Below are positions 39,857 through 54,879 of a DNA stretch of 64,000 bases, in pieces. The stretch lies in NCBI RefSeq assembly GCF_009914755.1, contig NC_060928.1. The stretch is one strand, 5' to 3'. The notes beneath the pieces are model-generated. The model was not told where the DNA came from. It was given only the letters and a program-made list of their open reading frames with translations, and did no database searches. The stretch's first letter is position 1; each line of letters begins with the position of its first letter. The translations under genes and the position numbers were made by a program. This DNA is from the human T2T-CHM13v2.0 reference genome, Homo sapiens.

Positions 39857-40507
39857 TTCTCCTTGCCTGATTACAACCCAGGTGACCTCACAACACAGCT
39901 AGAGCTTGCTTTCAAAGTGAGCAAGGAGGTTTGGTGGAACCTCGTAAATAATCATTTTCTTTCTTGCCTGAGTCCTTAAACAATAGAGCCACAGAACAAA
40001 AATCAGCAGATGGTGGCTAATATCGCCTCTTTCCTACTGATAAACCAGACATTGGAGAATGTGACTTATATCTGCAGACAAGTGGGCTTCTCAAAACTAA
40101 GCCACAGCACTAGACAGGTAGACAGCCAGTCCAGTAACACTAACCACTATAGGACTCTCTAACTCATGCATTGTCTATGGAAAACTGACAGCATGCAGAA
40201 ATGGGGAAGAATATGTGATTCCTGTGTGCAGCCCCTCTCCTGAAAGCAGAGAGGAACAAGCTGGGCTACACATACCCAGTTTACTCTTTCAGGGAGGAGG
40301 GAATGAGTGGGGAGAGAAAAGCCAAGACTATTTTAGTTACTGGAGCTACCTCTACAAGGAAGGGAAAATTAGGAGTGAAAGAAGAACTGCTCTCTTTCTC
40401 ATTTTCTAGTTTGAGTCCCTTCCAAAAAGTTGGAGTTGTGTGTAGGAGGTTGATATATGGTCCCAGTTGGCACAAGTGAGGGAGTTGGGAGAGTGAGATA
40501 GGAAAGT

Positions 40508-40884
40508 TGTTATAGATTGATTCTAGAAGCAGGTGCTATGCAGACTTTAGGGTGCAAGATGTTTTTTAGGGATTAACATCTGTGAAAGGAAGGAGGAAGA
40601 AGGAGGATTGGGCAGTCAAACCATGACATGGCCCTGACAAAACCTTGGCCAATCTGGCAGTGCACCCTGGAGCAAGTATTCCCCATCAGCACCATCCTGC
40701 ATGGGACCAAAATGACTACACCTTTGTACCCTCATCTCATGTTGTCACCAGATGACGGCTGCCCAGGAAGGGCATTACCTTAGGTAAGGCAACTGTCAGA
40801 CTCAGGCAGACCCTGAGGGAGCTGACAGCTGGGGCAGCTGGTCACATTCCTCAGATCTGTATGGTGCATCTCCTTGTCTACCAT
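40508..40884 (-). mobile_element. LTR16-family solo LTR (same type as 24972-25359)
   Basis: ggtgcaagatgtttttagggattaacatctgtgaaaggaagg...ggattgggcag...cagatctgtatggtgcatctcc. Confidence 0.75.
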
Positions 40885-40924
40885 GGAATGAAAGACAATA
40901 CAGTGCATGTTGAGAAGGATACTG

Positions 40925-41250
40925 CTGATGGCAACTAAAGTTTAATTCCCACTGGGACTCTCTAAGCATCTGCTGAGGATATCTCTCAGAATTGCCTTAC
41001 CAAGAGATGGGGAAGCTGGACTCTTTCTCTACTTATTCCCATTCATTACTGGTTGAGGGTTACCTCTGGGTGCATTAAATCCCTGGCTCTTCCAATCTTC
41101 TCTGTATACAAATGAAGCAAGCATGTGTAGCACCAGAGGAAATCCTCAAGTGGAGAAGTTCAGATAGATGCTTAAAGTAGGAGGCTACCACTGTAGCTGA
41201 AGACCAGCTCAGAGGTGTCTCAGGAGCACATAGGGTAGAAATGACATCAT
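40925..41250 (-). mobile_element. LTR33-like ERVL LTR fragment
   Basis: gggaagctggac...cattactggttgagggttacctctgggtgcattaaatccctgg. Confidence 0.5.
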
Positions 41251-41421
41251 CTCCATGCCCCTAACTATGCCTAGCAGTGTCATATGTCCCAAGATAAAAT
41301 TAAGTAGAAATTCAGAGATTTTGCTACCTTTTGGGGTTGTTACCAGTGGGCATATGGTTCTGTGACTGGTCCAGTTCTAGAAAATGTGGGCTCTAATACT
41401 CATTTAAGAAGTAGAAGAATA

Positions 41422-41794
<373 letters not shown>

Positions 41795-41823
41795 TCAAGT
41801 TACATTTAAAGCAATCTGACTTT

Positions 41824-43353
41824 TATTATTATTATTATTATTATACTTTAAGTTTTAGGGTACATGTGCACAATGTGCAGGTTTGTTACATATGTACACA
41901 TGTGCCATATTGGTGTGCTGCGCCCATTAACTCCTCATTTAGCATTAGGTATATCTCCTAATGCTATCCCTCCCCCCTCCCCCCACCCCACAACAGTCCC
42001 CAGAGTGTGATGTTCCCCTTCCTGTGTCCATGTGTTCTCATTGTTCAATTCCCACCTATGAGTGAGAACATGTGGTGTTTGGTTTTTTGTCCTTGTGATA
42101 GTTTGCTGAGAATGATGGTTTCCAGTTTCATCCATGTCCCTACAGAGGATGTGAACTCATCATTTTTTATGGCTGCATAGTATTTCATGGTGTATGTGTG
42201 CCACATTTTCTTAATCCAGTCTATCGTTTTTGGACATTTGGGTTGGTTCCATGTCTTTGCTATTGTGAATAGTGCCACAATAAACATACGTGTGCATGTG
42301 TCTTTATAGCAGCATGATTTATAATCCTTTGGGAATGTACCTAGTAATGGGACGGGCGGGTCAAATGGTATTTCTAGTTCAAGATCCCTAAGGAATCACC
42401 ATACTGACTTCCACAATGGTTGAACTAGTTTACAGTCCCACCAACAGTGTAAAAGTGTTCCTATTTCTCCACATCCTCTCCAGCACCTGTTGTTTTCTGA
42501 CTTTTTAGTGATTGCCATTCTAACAGGTGTGAGATGGTATCTCATTGTGGTTTTGATTTGCATTTCTCTGATGGCCAGTGATGATGAGCATTTTTTCATG
42601 TGTTTTTTGGCTGCATAAATGTCTTCTTTTGAGAAGTGTCTGTTCATATCCTTTGCCCACTTTTTGATGGTGTTGTTTGTTTTTTTTCTTGTAAATTTGT
42701 TTGAGTTCATTGTAGATTCTGGATATTAGCCCTTTGTCAGATGAGTAGGTTGCGAAAATTTTCTCCCATTTTGTAGGTTGCCTGTTCACTCCAATGGTAG
42801 TTTCTTTTGCTGTGCAGAAGCTCTTTAGTTTAATTAGATCCCATTTGTCAATTTTGGCTTTTGTTGCCATTGCTTTCGGTGTTTTAGACATGAAGTCCTT
42901 GCCCATGCCTATGTCCTGAATGGTATTGCCTAGGTTTTCTTCTAGGGTTTTTATGGTTTTAGGTCTAACATGTAAGTCTTTAATCCATCTTGAATTAATT
43001 TTTGTATAAGGTGTAAGGAAGGGATCCAGTTTCAGCTTTCTACATATGGCTAGCCAGTTTTCCCAGTACCATTTATTAAATAGGGAATCCTTTCCCCATT
43101 TCTTGTTTTTGTCAGGTTTGTCAAAGATCAGATGGTTGTAGATATGCGGCATTATTTCTGAGGGCTCTGTTCTGTTCCATTGATCTATATCTCTCTTTTG
43201 GTACCAGTACCATGCTGTTTTGGTTACTGTAGCCTCGTAGTATAGTTTGAAGTCAGGTAGCGTGATGCTTCCAGCTGTGTTCTTTTGGCTTAGGATTGAC
43301 TTGGTGATGCGGGCTCTTTTTTGGTTCCATATGAACTTTAAAGTAGTTTTTTG
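41824..43353 (-). mobile_element. 5'-truncated L1PA4/5-like element (1.5 kb)
   Basis: (TTA)n tail, 3'UTR, ORF2 C-terminus ([14 protein letters not shown]...); 11-bp TSD aatctgacttt (41813-41823 / 43354-43364). Confidence 0.95.
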
Positions 43354-44559
43354 AATCTGACTTTCAATAGGCATATAGAGTCTACTCTGTAAGAATAAAT
43401 GTTTGGCTTTGGGAGATGATTGAGCTTCTTCCAAGTCATGCAGTAGTTCAATGTTAACCATTCTGCACCACACACAGTGAAGACACCTTGGAAAGGGACT
43501 ATAATTGTACTGCCCTAGCTCACTAGGGGTTGTCCTGCTGAAGCTGACTCCTCTTTCAACCTTGTCATTTTTGATGTGATCTACAGAAATGAAAGTTACA
43601 CTGTGAATGTCTATAGACAGTTTTCTATGAGCTAAACTACCTGTACGGCTCACAATTCCTAAGTCTAAGCCTTTAGAATTTCTACCCTTGTTTAATATAA
43701 GTATTTAGTGATTTCTGGCCTAGAGCTAATGCCAGCAGGACTGCTGTTTTCCCTAGTGTTTCAAAGGGAGCTATTCTTTCCTTGCGTGAAGTCAGGGCAG
43801 CATGGGTCCATGGAGTGGGAAGTTCCAAGAGCTGGCTTGGGAGGCAGACTCTGAAATGTTTCTGTGTTTTGTCTAGAAAGCAGTGTCTTCTGGACTGTTC
43901 TCAGTGTTCCCCTGCCCTGCAGTGTTAGTAATGCATAAACCATCTGTTCTCTCCCTCAGATAGCCTGTGCTTCCCAGGAAGCTGACCATTTCCTCTCCTG
44001 CATGAGGAGAACATGGCTCAATTTGGAATTACTTCTTCCTTTTTAGAATATGCACTTCCAGCAGCCTGTGTGATGTAATTTGGCTAGGAGTAAAGATACT
44101 TACAAATTGCAACTGAATGTTTTTGTCTTTAGAAAACCATATATTATATAATAAAATGAACCTGGGAAGGGCAATAGTGTTCTAGCTGTCATACCTAAAA
44201 TATGAATATGACAGGAACAGAATTAAAATATATTCTGTTTTAAACAAATATAGCTAATTTGTTTTAGCAAATATAGCTTAAACAAAAAGACTGTTTCCAA
44301 ACTGCTCAATCAAAAGAACATTTCAACTCTGTGAGATGAATGCAAAAATAACAAAAAAGTTCATCAAAAACCTTCTGTCTAGTTTTTATGTGACAGCCTA
44401 TTTACCCCCACAACTTGTGAAAAGGATTTTATCAGTGTCCACAGAGGTCTTATATCCCACCTACCCAACCTGTCGAAAAGCACCTGGATCCTAGACCTTA
44501 CAAGGCAGGAAGGATAAAAAATAAAGAAGAAATATTTTATTTGAAATTTGAAGCATGTC

Positions 44560-44983
44560 TGCATCCCATCCTTTCCATTTCAGAAAATGGCATCATAATT
44601 TTCCCTTGGTCCTCATAACCAATTTATTAGCAAGTCCTGTAGCCTCTAACTCAAATGTATCTGGAATTAGCCCATTCCTTTCTCTCACTGTAACCTTTAT
44701 CACCTAAGCACCCTTATTACTCCCTAACTGTTCTCTTTGAATCCATTACTATTTCTCTCAAATAATTCTTTCAAAGTGGCCATGATAATATTTTCTTAGA
44801 AACTTAAATTTATTCATTCAATTTCTCTAATTAGGACACGTCATTGACTTCCCATTGCCTTTAGAATTAAATGCAAACTTATTGTATACTATAAAACCCC
44901 ACATGATCTGATCCTTACCTGCTTCTCAACTTCCTGTCATTTCATTTCTCCCTCCCTCCCACAATTCCAGCCACGGTGAACCT
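44560..44983 (+). mobile_element. L2 fragment
   Basis: aagtcctgtagcctctaactcaaatgtatctgg...cccattgcctttagaattaaatgcaaact...ccccacatgatctg. Confidence 0.65.
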
Positions 44984-45400
44984 TGTCTTAGATTGGGTTT
45001 CCCTGAAAGCAGACCATGAGACAAGAATTTGGATGCTCTAGTTTATTTTGGAGGTGATGTGGGCAGCAGAGGTTGCAGTGAACCTCTCTGTCTCACAGAG
45101 AGAGAGAAGAGAGCAAGACCAAAAAAAGTACTTTAATTAGTGGGTTACTACAATGGGTAAATGGGGCTCCGTCCCCCTGGAGACACTTAAAGGACCATAT
45201 GGAACACACTGTATTATCGAGGTGCAAGGAAATGAGTATTTATTCATCAACTATGAGTCTTTGTTGGTTGAGTGTTACTCCTGAGAATATTGACTCCCTG
45301 ATACTTCTAGTCTTCCCCATATTGGAAACAACCTTGCTCCCATGACAATAGAATGAAGGGCCATACCCTGAATTTGCTGTGGAGCCCTCTCTTTCTCTTG
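44984..45400 (-). mobile_element. LTR33/LTR16-like ERVL 3' LTR
   Basis: tgtcttagattgggtttccctgaaagcagacc...tagtttattttggaggtgatg is the antisense LTR end. Confidence 0.7.
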
Positions 45401-46055
45401 TTCCTTCCATGGAATGTAGATTTTTGGATCTCCCAACAAATGAATCAGAGTAATATTCCCAAACGTGGCTTCTTGGAAATCCACAGAGGCCTACCAAGTG
45501 CTCTGCATCTTTCTTGGTGGTATGAGGAGAGGATGTGCCAGCATGCTTCAGACCACTGGATCCCTAAAGACTTAATTGATGTGGTAGGGACTTGATCTCT
45601 TGTAGAGTTTCTCTCTCACCATCCTAGTTTGCCTGTTTCAGGCTGTCCTGGGTACTTGCCATTCCCTGCTCTTCAAGTCTAATTAACCTGATGTCATCAG
45701 TTTAGTGGATCAGTGTGATGTTATGGACTGACCAGATAATCAAGATTTCTTCAGATATATTGTGACAGAGAGTATGGGGCAAGATCATGAATGCACAATT
45801 CTTTTCATTCCAAGTGAATTCAAACTACCCTGATCCTCCTTTCTGTTAAGAATTGAAAAGCATGCAGTGAATCAATAAACACACACCTAGTGCCACATAC
45901 TAGCTGGAACAATTGATCTGTTCTAGTAAGAATATCATATCTGGCACAATAGCTTGGTTAGGTTTACATTAGTCTACCATCATCCACCAGGATATAAATG
46001 GTTTTTTCAGGGTGTAAATGGTGATTTGATATAGGAATATGATAGAGACCTAACA
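45400..46055 (-). mobile_element. ERVL pol (RT) remnant
   Basis: Minus strand reads SWWMMVD*CKPNQ (cf. SWRMTVDYRKLNQ) and ITLIH*TDDI (cf. ITLVHYIDDI). Confidence 0.75.
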
Positions 46056-46059
46056 TACA

Positions 46060-47645
46060 GGTGGAAGTGGAAGCTCTAGTTGGTGCAGTGACCTGGGCAC
46101 TTCAGGGGTGTTGGGGAAAGAATGACAAACATTCATTCCACAATAATTATAGCTGCTAAGTGCCACTGACTTATTAAAAAGAAAAGAAAATGACAGACTA
46201 GGATGTAATAACCAATGATTTAAAGAAAGATGCAAGAGCCACATGCCCTCTTTGACAACATTTGAACAGACCCATATGTCTGCAGCTGGAGGACAGACAT
46301 AGCTGAATAGGATTAGAACTAGGCTGAGGCACCTAGGGCACAAAATTTTAGAAGGCACTTAGGCCCAGAGTTATGACAGTGCATGGTCAGTAACATGTGT
46401 GACCGTGAGGATGGGCCCTTCCTTAAACTTTGTACCCTAGGTGGTTCATGTGCTGCATCCTTGTTCTGGACCTACAGCCAAAGATCAGGCACAGGAGTTA
46501 ACTTGAATAGAAACAGAATTTCAGAGAAGGCTGGATTGCCAGCCTAGCTGAGAATTCTGCACTAAAGTTCTGATAATGGGAATATCTGGGGAGAGGGACT
46601 TGAGAACCTTGAATCTCCTGATCCCTCTAGTCCCTTTAAGCTTGCAAAAGTAGCTCACACCCCTTGTTCAAAGACAGAGCTCCCTTTATTCCTTGAAGAC
46701 TATGCAGAAGCCTCACATGAGACACACATCTTATAAGACACTTCTCTTCCTCAGTGCAAGTGAGGCTAGGTGCACCCACCTCATCTCCTGTCCACCAGAC
46801 CCATAGTTAGGGTCAAATCTCAGCAGAACCTTCTTAGGGAAGTGCCAGGCCTGTCGAGGCAGGTGAGGATGCCACAGGAGCTACAGAACCTGGCTAACAT
46901 TCAGGCAGGAGCCAGGAGAGAGGACCTGGAAATGGATCTCAAGGATGCTGGGCCAGCTGGGGGAGGAATATAAATCTGGATGTGGGGGTGTTTGTTAAAA
47001 TGAGAGCACTCCCCCGGACATAGGATTTAATGCCCTGGAAAATACCCTAAGTGATAGTGCTGGGATGGCTTTTGGAAGCTTGGAAAAAGTGATATCCCAT
47101 ATTAAATGAAGTAGAGACTCCAGAGCTGCCTAGACAGGCTATTGAGCAGGGGATTGTGCTAATATGGATCTACCGCATACGACCTGAAACCACAACCAAC
47201 TTTATACGAGCTGATCATGTTCCCCTGCAGGGCCTGGAGGACATTCTTTTTACCAAGGCAATAATGAATGTGCTGGTGACGGGACACCAGCATTGACAAC
47301 AAGCTGTCCTCTGTGAGCTGGAACTGACAGTAGGAGATGTCATTATGGAATTGTGCTTTCTGAAAGAAATGTGGGTAATGATATCCCAGAAAAGCAGGGA
47401 CCAAGAACCTTCAGAACAAGGTGGGCATAATGACCACGATGGGGAGTGAGGTCAGGTGACTCAGGGAGGCCTGACCCCTAGCGACTATGGAGATTGCTTA
47501 AAAAAAAAAATACGTGGTGTTTCTATGGGCAAGGGAGGACAAACACTGGATGCTCCTTAATATAGATAATAAAGAACAATCAGGAACACATGGGTAAAAA
47601 TTTGATATCGGCTACCCCAGTAGGAAATCAGGATCTCTTTGCCAC
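46060..47645 (+). mobile_element. ERVL gag remnant, opposite orientation to the adjacent pol
   Basis: aaagaaaatgacagactagg, ggatttaatgccctgg and taccaaggcaataatgaatgtgctggtgacgggacaccagc match the 34.2-36.5 kb gag on the same strand. Confidence 0.7.
46309..46473 (+). mobile_element. MER96-like hAT-Tip100 MITE
   Basis: Inverted ends: aactaggctgaggcacctagggcacaaaatttta ... taaactttgtaccctaggtggttc. Confidence 0.6.
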
Positions 47646-49261
47646 TCTTTTCATCATTTAATATTTTGGGGTCACTTGTACCCTGGTTAACTTAGGAGTT
47701 GGGTTTGTCTCCCCAAATAATAAGGGTTTTTTCCCTTGTATCAGGAATATGCAGTTGCTCCCAGATGAGCCCTCTTATGTTTCAATGGGTCCACATGCCA
47801 ACAAGTGGGTCCTTTCCAGGTTGCCTTGGTGCTGCCAATCAACTTTCCTTTGTAGACTTTCCTACTCTATGAAACTAATTCTAATTATCCAATAGGTTAG
47901 AGGCACATTTGCTTATCTGCTGTTCTCCATAAGTCTTTGTGCATATAGACAATGCTTAGGGTGAAAATATATGGGGTAGAGACCATGGCTATGGAATATA
48001 AATGAAATCTTTAGTATTTAGTGATTTAAGCAAGGTTCCTTGTAGAAACTTTCAGTCTGACTGCATTACATCTGTTTTTTGGTGTTTAACATGTGTTCTT
48101 TTTGATGAGGATGTGGCCCCTGTGATTGGGGAAGGGGTGGCAATTATTGACGCACAAGGATGACTGTACAACCAGCAGTTGACAGACCATCATCTGAGCA
48201 GACTTGTATAATCCAAAATTTAGGGTCATTCCCTTTGTTTTTCTTACCAGAAAGTGAATTAGGCTTCCTGCTAACTGGTACCTTCAAGAGTCCCATTCCT
48301 GCTGGCAGACAGAAGGCATCCAAGGTCTGATTCAGCACATTTGTGGTCAGGACTTTGAATTAAATTAAGAACCTCCTTTTGAAATGGGGGTTAGAGGGGA
48401 CTTCCAAATGCCTTGAAGTTGCTCAGTCTCCTAAGCTGATTATACTGTCCTCCCAAATATGTAAAAGAGGAACTAGGTTCATGCAAAAAGAGTGGGATTC
48501 CCCTTTTGGCTCATTGTGGATTTTTAAGTCTTTATTCTAAACATAATATCCTTTCTTCCCCAATTCTCCTCCTGTCTTAATCCTTCCTGCCTTTTTCCTC
48601 TTTTAAAATAAACAATGCAAGATTGCACTTATGGGCCTATCTCTGTCAAATAGTTAGATGACCCAAAACCATCCTGGTGTGGACAGTATCTTTCACTCAT
48701 GTCCTTACCACTTGGTGTATTAGAAACAAGCTAAGGTGAAGGGTGAGAACATCCTAGAGTCCTGCTAGAAGTGCTCCATAGTCCTACAGAACTTGTTTTT
48801 GATAGATACTCTCAAAGAAGACTCTATTTCTGGCCAGTGGACTAGTCAGAAAACCACACTGAGAACCACAGAGAACAGTGCCCTTAGGCACTGTTGGCCT
48901 AAGGGCAGTTCAAGCTCTGACTCAACCATCTCCTCTTTTAAACAAGGATTCTGAGATCCTTGACCATAAATATAAAATGAAAGCTTAAGAAACATAGGTA
49001 CCTTCATCCTGAGAGGGCTCAAAGAGTTTTCCTGAAGAAAGCCGCCTAGCTCCTGGAAAAGCTGAAAACTTGGCAGTAGATTTCCCTCTGCAAAGCTGTC
49101 TTGCAGGCTGCAAGCTTGTGTGTACTTGGATCTTCCTGTTGTGGCCCTGCTGACCTCTAGATCAAACAGATGTATGCCCAAACAAAAAGTCCCCAGCCAC
49201 TCATTTCTAGGACATCATCCTCACCCAGAGGCTTCCGAGCACAACTGATCCAGGACATTGA

Positions 49262-49790
<529 letters not shown>

Positions 49791-50782
49791 AGGAAGAGCT
49801 TTCTCACAAGACAAAGTTTCCAAGCTGACACTTGGCCTGAAGAAGACTGCACGTTCAGTACTCACCGTCCAGTTCTATTCCCCCAGTCCCAAGGCATTCA
49901 CTTGCTAAAAGAGTGACTATTTGCTAAAGTGAGAGTCTTCCCCTTTGATCTATTATATGAACATTTGTCCTCCAATTTCTGGATAATTACTAACATACAT
50001 ATTGAGCTCAGCTGTTTCCCATCTGCTATTTTTGCCAATTCAATGGATCCTCACAGTCTTGTAAAGTCCAGTCAAAAAAAAATTCTCAATCTCTCTGCAA
50101 TTAGTTTCCTTATTCATTAAAAAAAGGAGTAAGTGCTTGCTCAAGGTAACAGCTGGAGTGTGCAGCCAGAATTCCAATTCTGGCTTTTCATTTCAATCCA
50201 GAATTCTTTCCACTGTTTCATGCTATTCTAACAGATCTGGATAACCAGCTCTTCTAAGGTATTTAATGTTTTAAAATGTAAAGTATTGAGGAAACATCTA
50301 AAAGATGGTATTTACAAGAAGATACCTTGAAATTATGAAGTCAGCTAATGGCCACTTCCCAATCACCATTTTCTTCCTGTAGCATATTTTGTGACCCTTG
50401 AAGTGAAATCTATACATTCTTTTTCTGCATAGCAGGACCACCTAACTGGAGATCCTTGTTGGAGAAGGAGCCAGTATCCTCTCTGTTCTTGATGTTTGTG
50501 TGTGTCTTCCCTTCCTTCCAACCTCTCCCCATCTCTCTCAGACAAACACCTTCTTCTACATGACATATGTGACAAACTCCTGGGAGCTGGCCTTGGCTTT
50601 CTATGATCTGCTTCTCCTTCCAGGGAATCCACTAGCAGGATAGGAGGAAATGTGAGATACAGTGTGAGGGTAGGATAAACTCAAGTCTTACTGTTGACCT
50701 TGGTTATCACCAGAGATTCCTGAAGACCAGAGTGGTACCAAGTCATCCTACACCAAATCCTTCTGTGTTCAGTGCTGTAATA

Positions 50783-51114
50783 CAAGGGGCCCCAACTGCC
50801 AGGCAGCAGACCAGTACCAGTCCATGGCCTGTTAAGAACCAGGCTGCACAGGAGTAGATGAGCAGCAAGACAGTATTACTCCCTGAGCTCCGCCTCCTAT
50901 CAGATCAGTGGAGGCATTAGATTCTCATAGGAGCTCAAACCCTATTGTGAACTGCACATGTGAGGCTCTAGGTTTTGTGCTCCTTATGAGAATCTAATGC
51001 CTGATGATCTGAGGTGAAACAATTTCATCCTGAAACCATTCCCCCATCCCTATCCATGGAAAAATGGTCTTCCATAAAACTGGCCCCTGGTGCCAAAAAC
51101 GTTGGGGACTGCTG
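50783..51114 (+). mobile_element. MER1B (hAT-Charlie)
   Basis: Internal palindrome gcattagattctcatagga...tccttatgagaatctaatgc; 8-bp TSD ctgtaata / ccataata. Confidence 0.9.
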
Positions 51115-51789
51115 CCATAATATGTATACCTGAGATGTCTGCACAGCTTATAATAATACCATTTTTTCTTGGAACTGTCTTTTCTTCCCATTTTAGGGAT
51201 GAACCCCTGGAAGCCATACTTATATTACACAATTGTGTGTCTTCCTGGCATTAGTTGAGGCTGGGTAGACCCCACCTAAACCGAAGAGGATCAATTAGAT
51301 CCTCTACAAGGACTTGGAATTAAGTCAGTATGTTAGTGGATGGCTCAAAATATCTCATGGAAACTTAAGTGTGGGGTGGCTGTATTCCCTCAATAGCCTA
51401 GGAGAGCAGAGAAAAATAATCTGAATATGTAAAAACAGGAATGGGACAGCTCTGGCAGTTTACCAGGCTGCAATTCTTGTCACTTTCTGAGGCCCAGCTG
51501 CCTTAATCTTAGAGTCTGTTCAACATCTGTCCTCTTTTTAAAAAAATTTAAATTGGTTTACTTGACACTAGAGAGCCATAATTTATAGAGCCAGTTAAAT
51601 CTAACCATAATCTTCCTCTTTATCTCTGATTTCCCATTCTCTTGAATTCCTGTCATCCTGCCAGCATCTGGAGTAGAAACCTTGCAGGAAATTGATTTTT
51701 GCCCATTTGTTCATCCCAGCTTCCTGCCTACCTGTTTCTTGCCCCACCCTCCAAGCCACATCTTTTTTTATATATTGCTCTCTCAACTG

Positions 51790-52250
51790 CTCCCACTGCC
51801 AACTGCAACTCTCATTTTTTCTATAAACATTCCTATATACTTCACAGCAAAATAGACCACTCCTAAACTTTCTTCTTCTGATTGAAAGCTGGAGATGCTA
51901 ACTTCTTGATCACTCACTTGAAGGATCTGCCCATTCTCCCAGAAGACCTCAAAACTTGAGTGTAACTCAGTATCAATGTCTAGTTCTTCCCTGTCCACTG
52001 AGGAGTCATGGATCTTCAGCCATTCTTATAACCTTCCTTAGGTACTTGTTATACCTGTTATCATTGCTATCATCTTATGAAATCTCACCCAAATTCCCAA
52101 ATGCGCATAGATTTATTGAGGATTTGGGAACCTGGATATGGTCATAGTCTGACTTAACTCCTGTCATTCTAAGCATGTTCACCATCTATGTTGCTCTTCA
52201 ATCCTCTATTCTAGTTTTGTTTTTGACTTTCTATTCCCATTGCCTTTCCA
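51790..52250 (+). mobile_element. L2 ORF2 endonuclease-region fragment
   Basis: FIEDLGTWI in ORF 51956-52147, followed by cctgtcattctaagcatgttcaccatctatg (decayed PVILGDFNIH). Confidence 0.5.
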
Positions 52251-52644
52251 AATAGCAATACTCCTCTGTGGCCTACACTGTAGGTTGCCTGCCCAGTGGG
52301 CATTCACCTCTCACACTGTTTCTTGCCTCAGTAGAAGCCGGCCATACCAGACACTCAGTTACCAGTTTCCCTGGCAGCTAGCTAGTGTTGGCTAAATGAC
52401 CCAGTTATGGCCATGATTACGTAGAGAAAAATTTGAGAAATGTTTCCTTAACTAGTAAGAGAGATCCAATTATTTTCTGATTTTGGACTTTGTCATGTGA
52501 GGATATGATACTAGAGCTACTGCCATCATCTTGTAGCCCTGCGTGATAGCCTAATGCCTGACACCTAAGGATGGATGGCAAAGGGGTAGACATTGTTGAG
52601 CTTCTAGACCAACGCTGAAGCCAGTTACCTCTGGATTTCTTGTT

Positions 52645-53245
<601 letters not shown>

Positions 53246-54344
53246 TAGCTTGAGAAAAGTACATCCCAACTGAGTGTCACTTTTAGATCAATACTCTGAT
53301 ACTTTTAGCTGAAAGCAATTTGACACAAACACTCTTAATATACCAAGAAGCTTACTGAGAAATAATGGAAAAGTGTGAGTCCCTTTCTGGAGACATTTAC
53401 TTTAGTGAGGAGGTAGAGAGAGAGATCCCCAGTGACCAATTTCCATTGAATGAAAGTCTGTCTTTTTAGTTGTGATACAATTTTCCAATTGGTAATCAGG
53501 CCAGGTTGTAAGCTCATCTTATGAACTTACATGTTAGAAACATGACTATTTCCAGCATAAAACTTTGAATTAAATGAAAAACATTTTTGTGACAATTTCT
53601 ATAAAATATAAAGCTAAATCATATTAATACCGTATATTCTTGGAGTCCTATATCTTAGCCAGATTTACATGCCAATGATTTCAGCATTTGGTACACCTCA
53701 TTGCTATATAGTTTTAGTGCTATTTGACTTCACTTATACTAACGTATTAGATAAGTAAAGAAGAACATAAGAATTAGGTATTATTCATGTCAAACACTGA
53801 AGCACTATTCTTTTTACCTAAATCTTAGGGAGAAAAAAAATTATGGGGAAGATATCTAAGCTTTTAAAATTATACCCATAAATAGAATTGGAACCTCAAA
53901 TTCCAATCCAAGTAATAGTTCTCTTCATTCTTCCCTAAACACTACATTTTCCACTGTAGATATAGGATATATGATCTTTAAGCTCAATGTGTCATGGAAC
54001 ACAAGTATGGTACATTTATGTCAGCAGCAATCTGGGAAGAAAAAGAAATAGCACCAAGGACAATGAAGTCTTATAGTAGAATAGACTAGAAATGCAAATA
54101 TTGAAAAGCTAAGCTTTCAAAGTAATAATTTATGTGATTTATTAGCAAGAAGATATACCAACAGAGGAATATATGGTAACTCAGTAGATCTTTTTACCAG
54201 CTATTTGCAAATTGCGAACCGCCATAAAATGGTAGTTAGCTAAGCAAGGTCGGCTAATGAGCTATGACATGGGTACCAGAAGTGTCAGCTACAGGACTTT
54301 TTTTCTTTGTTCCAGATATTATACTAGGCCTAAAGAGATCTAGT

Positions 54345-54460
54345 AACTTATTGGTCTCAGGATTCCTTTACACGTATAAAATTACTGAAAGTTCCAAATA
54401 ACTTGCTTATGTGGGTTGCATCTATTGATATTTACTGTACTGAAATTAAAACTGTACTTA
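54345..54460 (+). mobile_element. hAT-Charlie-like DNA transposon fragment
   Basis: ttggtctcaggattcctttacac...tatgtgggttgcatctattgatatttactgtactgaaattaaaactg. Confidence 0.5.
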
Positions 54461-54879
54461 TTCACAAAGCACATACATTTAAGGAAGAAGGGCAAACAAG
54501 GTTTTACTTTATTCCATCAAAATTTATCAGCCTCCTACAGGGCATCCCTAGTTGGGGGCTTCTGCTCTTGGTATATAAGAGGAGAAAATCAATACCTACT
54601 GTATCTCAAAGAGAAGGCCCCACTTGCCAGCCAGAAAAGAACACCAAGCTTGTTTTCCCTCAAGTTACCACATCAGTTTCAGAATTTGACGTGCACTGCA
54701 TACAGTGGTGCAATGGATTTAATGAAGATCTAAATACCCCTGGACTGACTTTCCTTTCACTAATACTATGGACTAGCTCTTTATTCCCATCTTGAGGAAA
54801 TCTAGTGATTAAAAAGTAGATAACTAAAGGGAAAAACACATTGTATTTAGTTCAAAGTTAAAGTGAACACAGAAAGTAT

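Noticed and set aside
42520-43653. Longest ORF in the window (377 aa, minus strand)
   Set aside because: Chance fusion of ~100 codons of flanking DNA in frame with L1 ORF2 C-terminal sequence; no ATG start, and it ends in a frameshifted L1 frame. Not a host gene.
50913-51003. Strong hairpin, possible miRNA precursor
   Set aside because: It is the standard internal palindrome of MER1B; no evidence of processing
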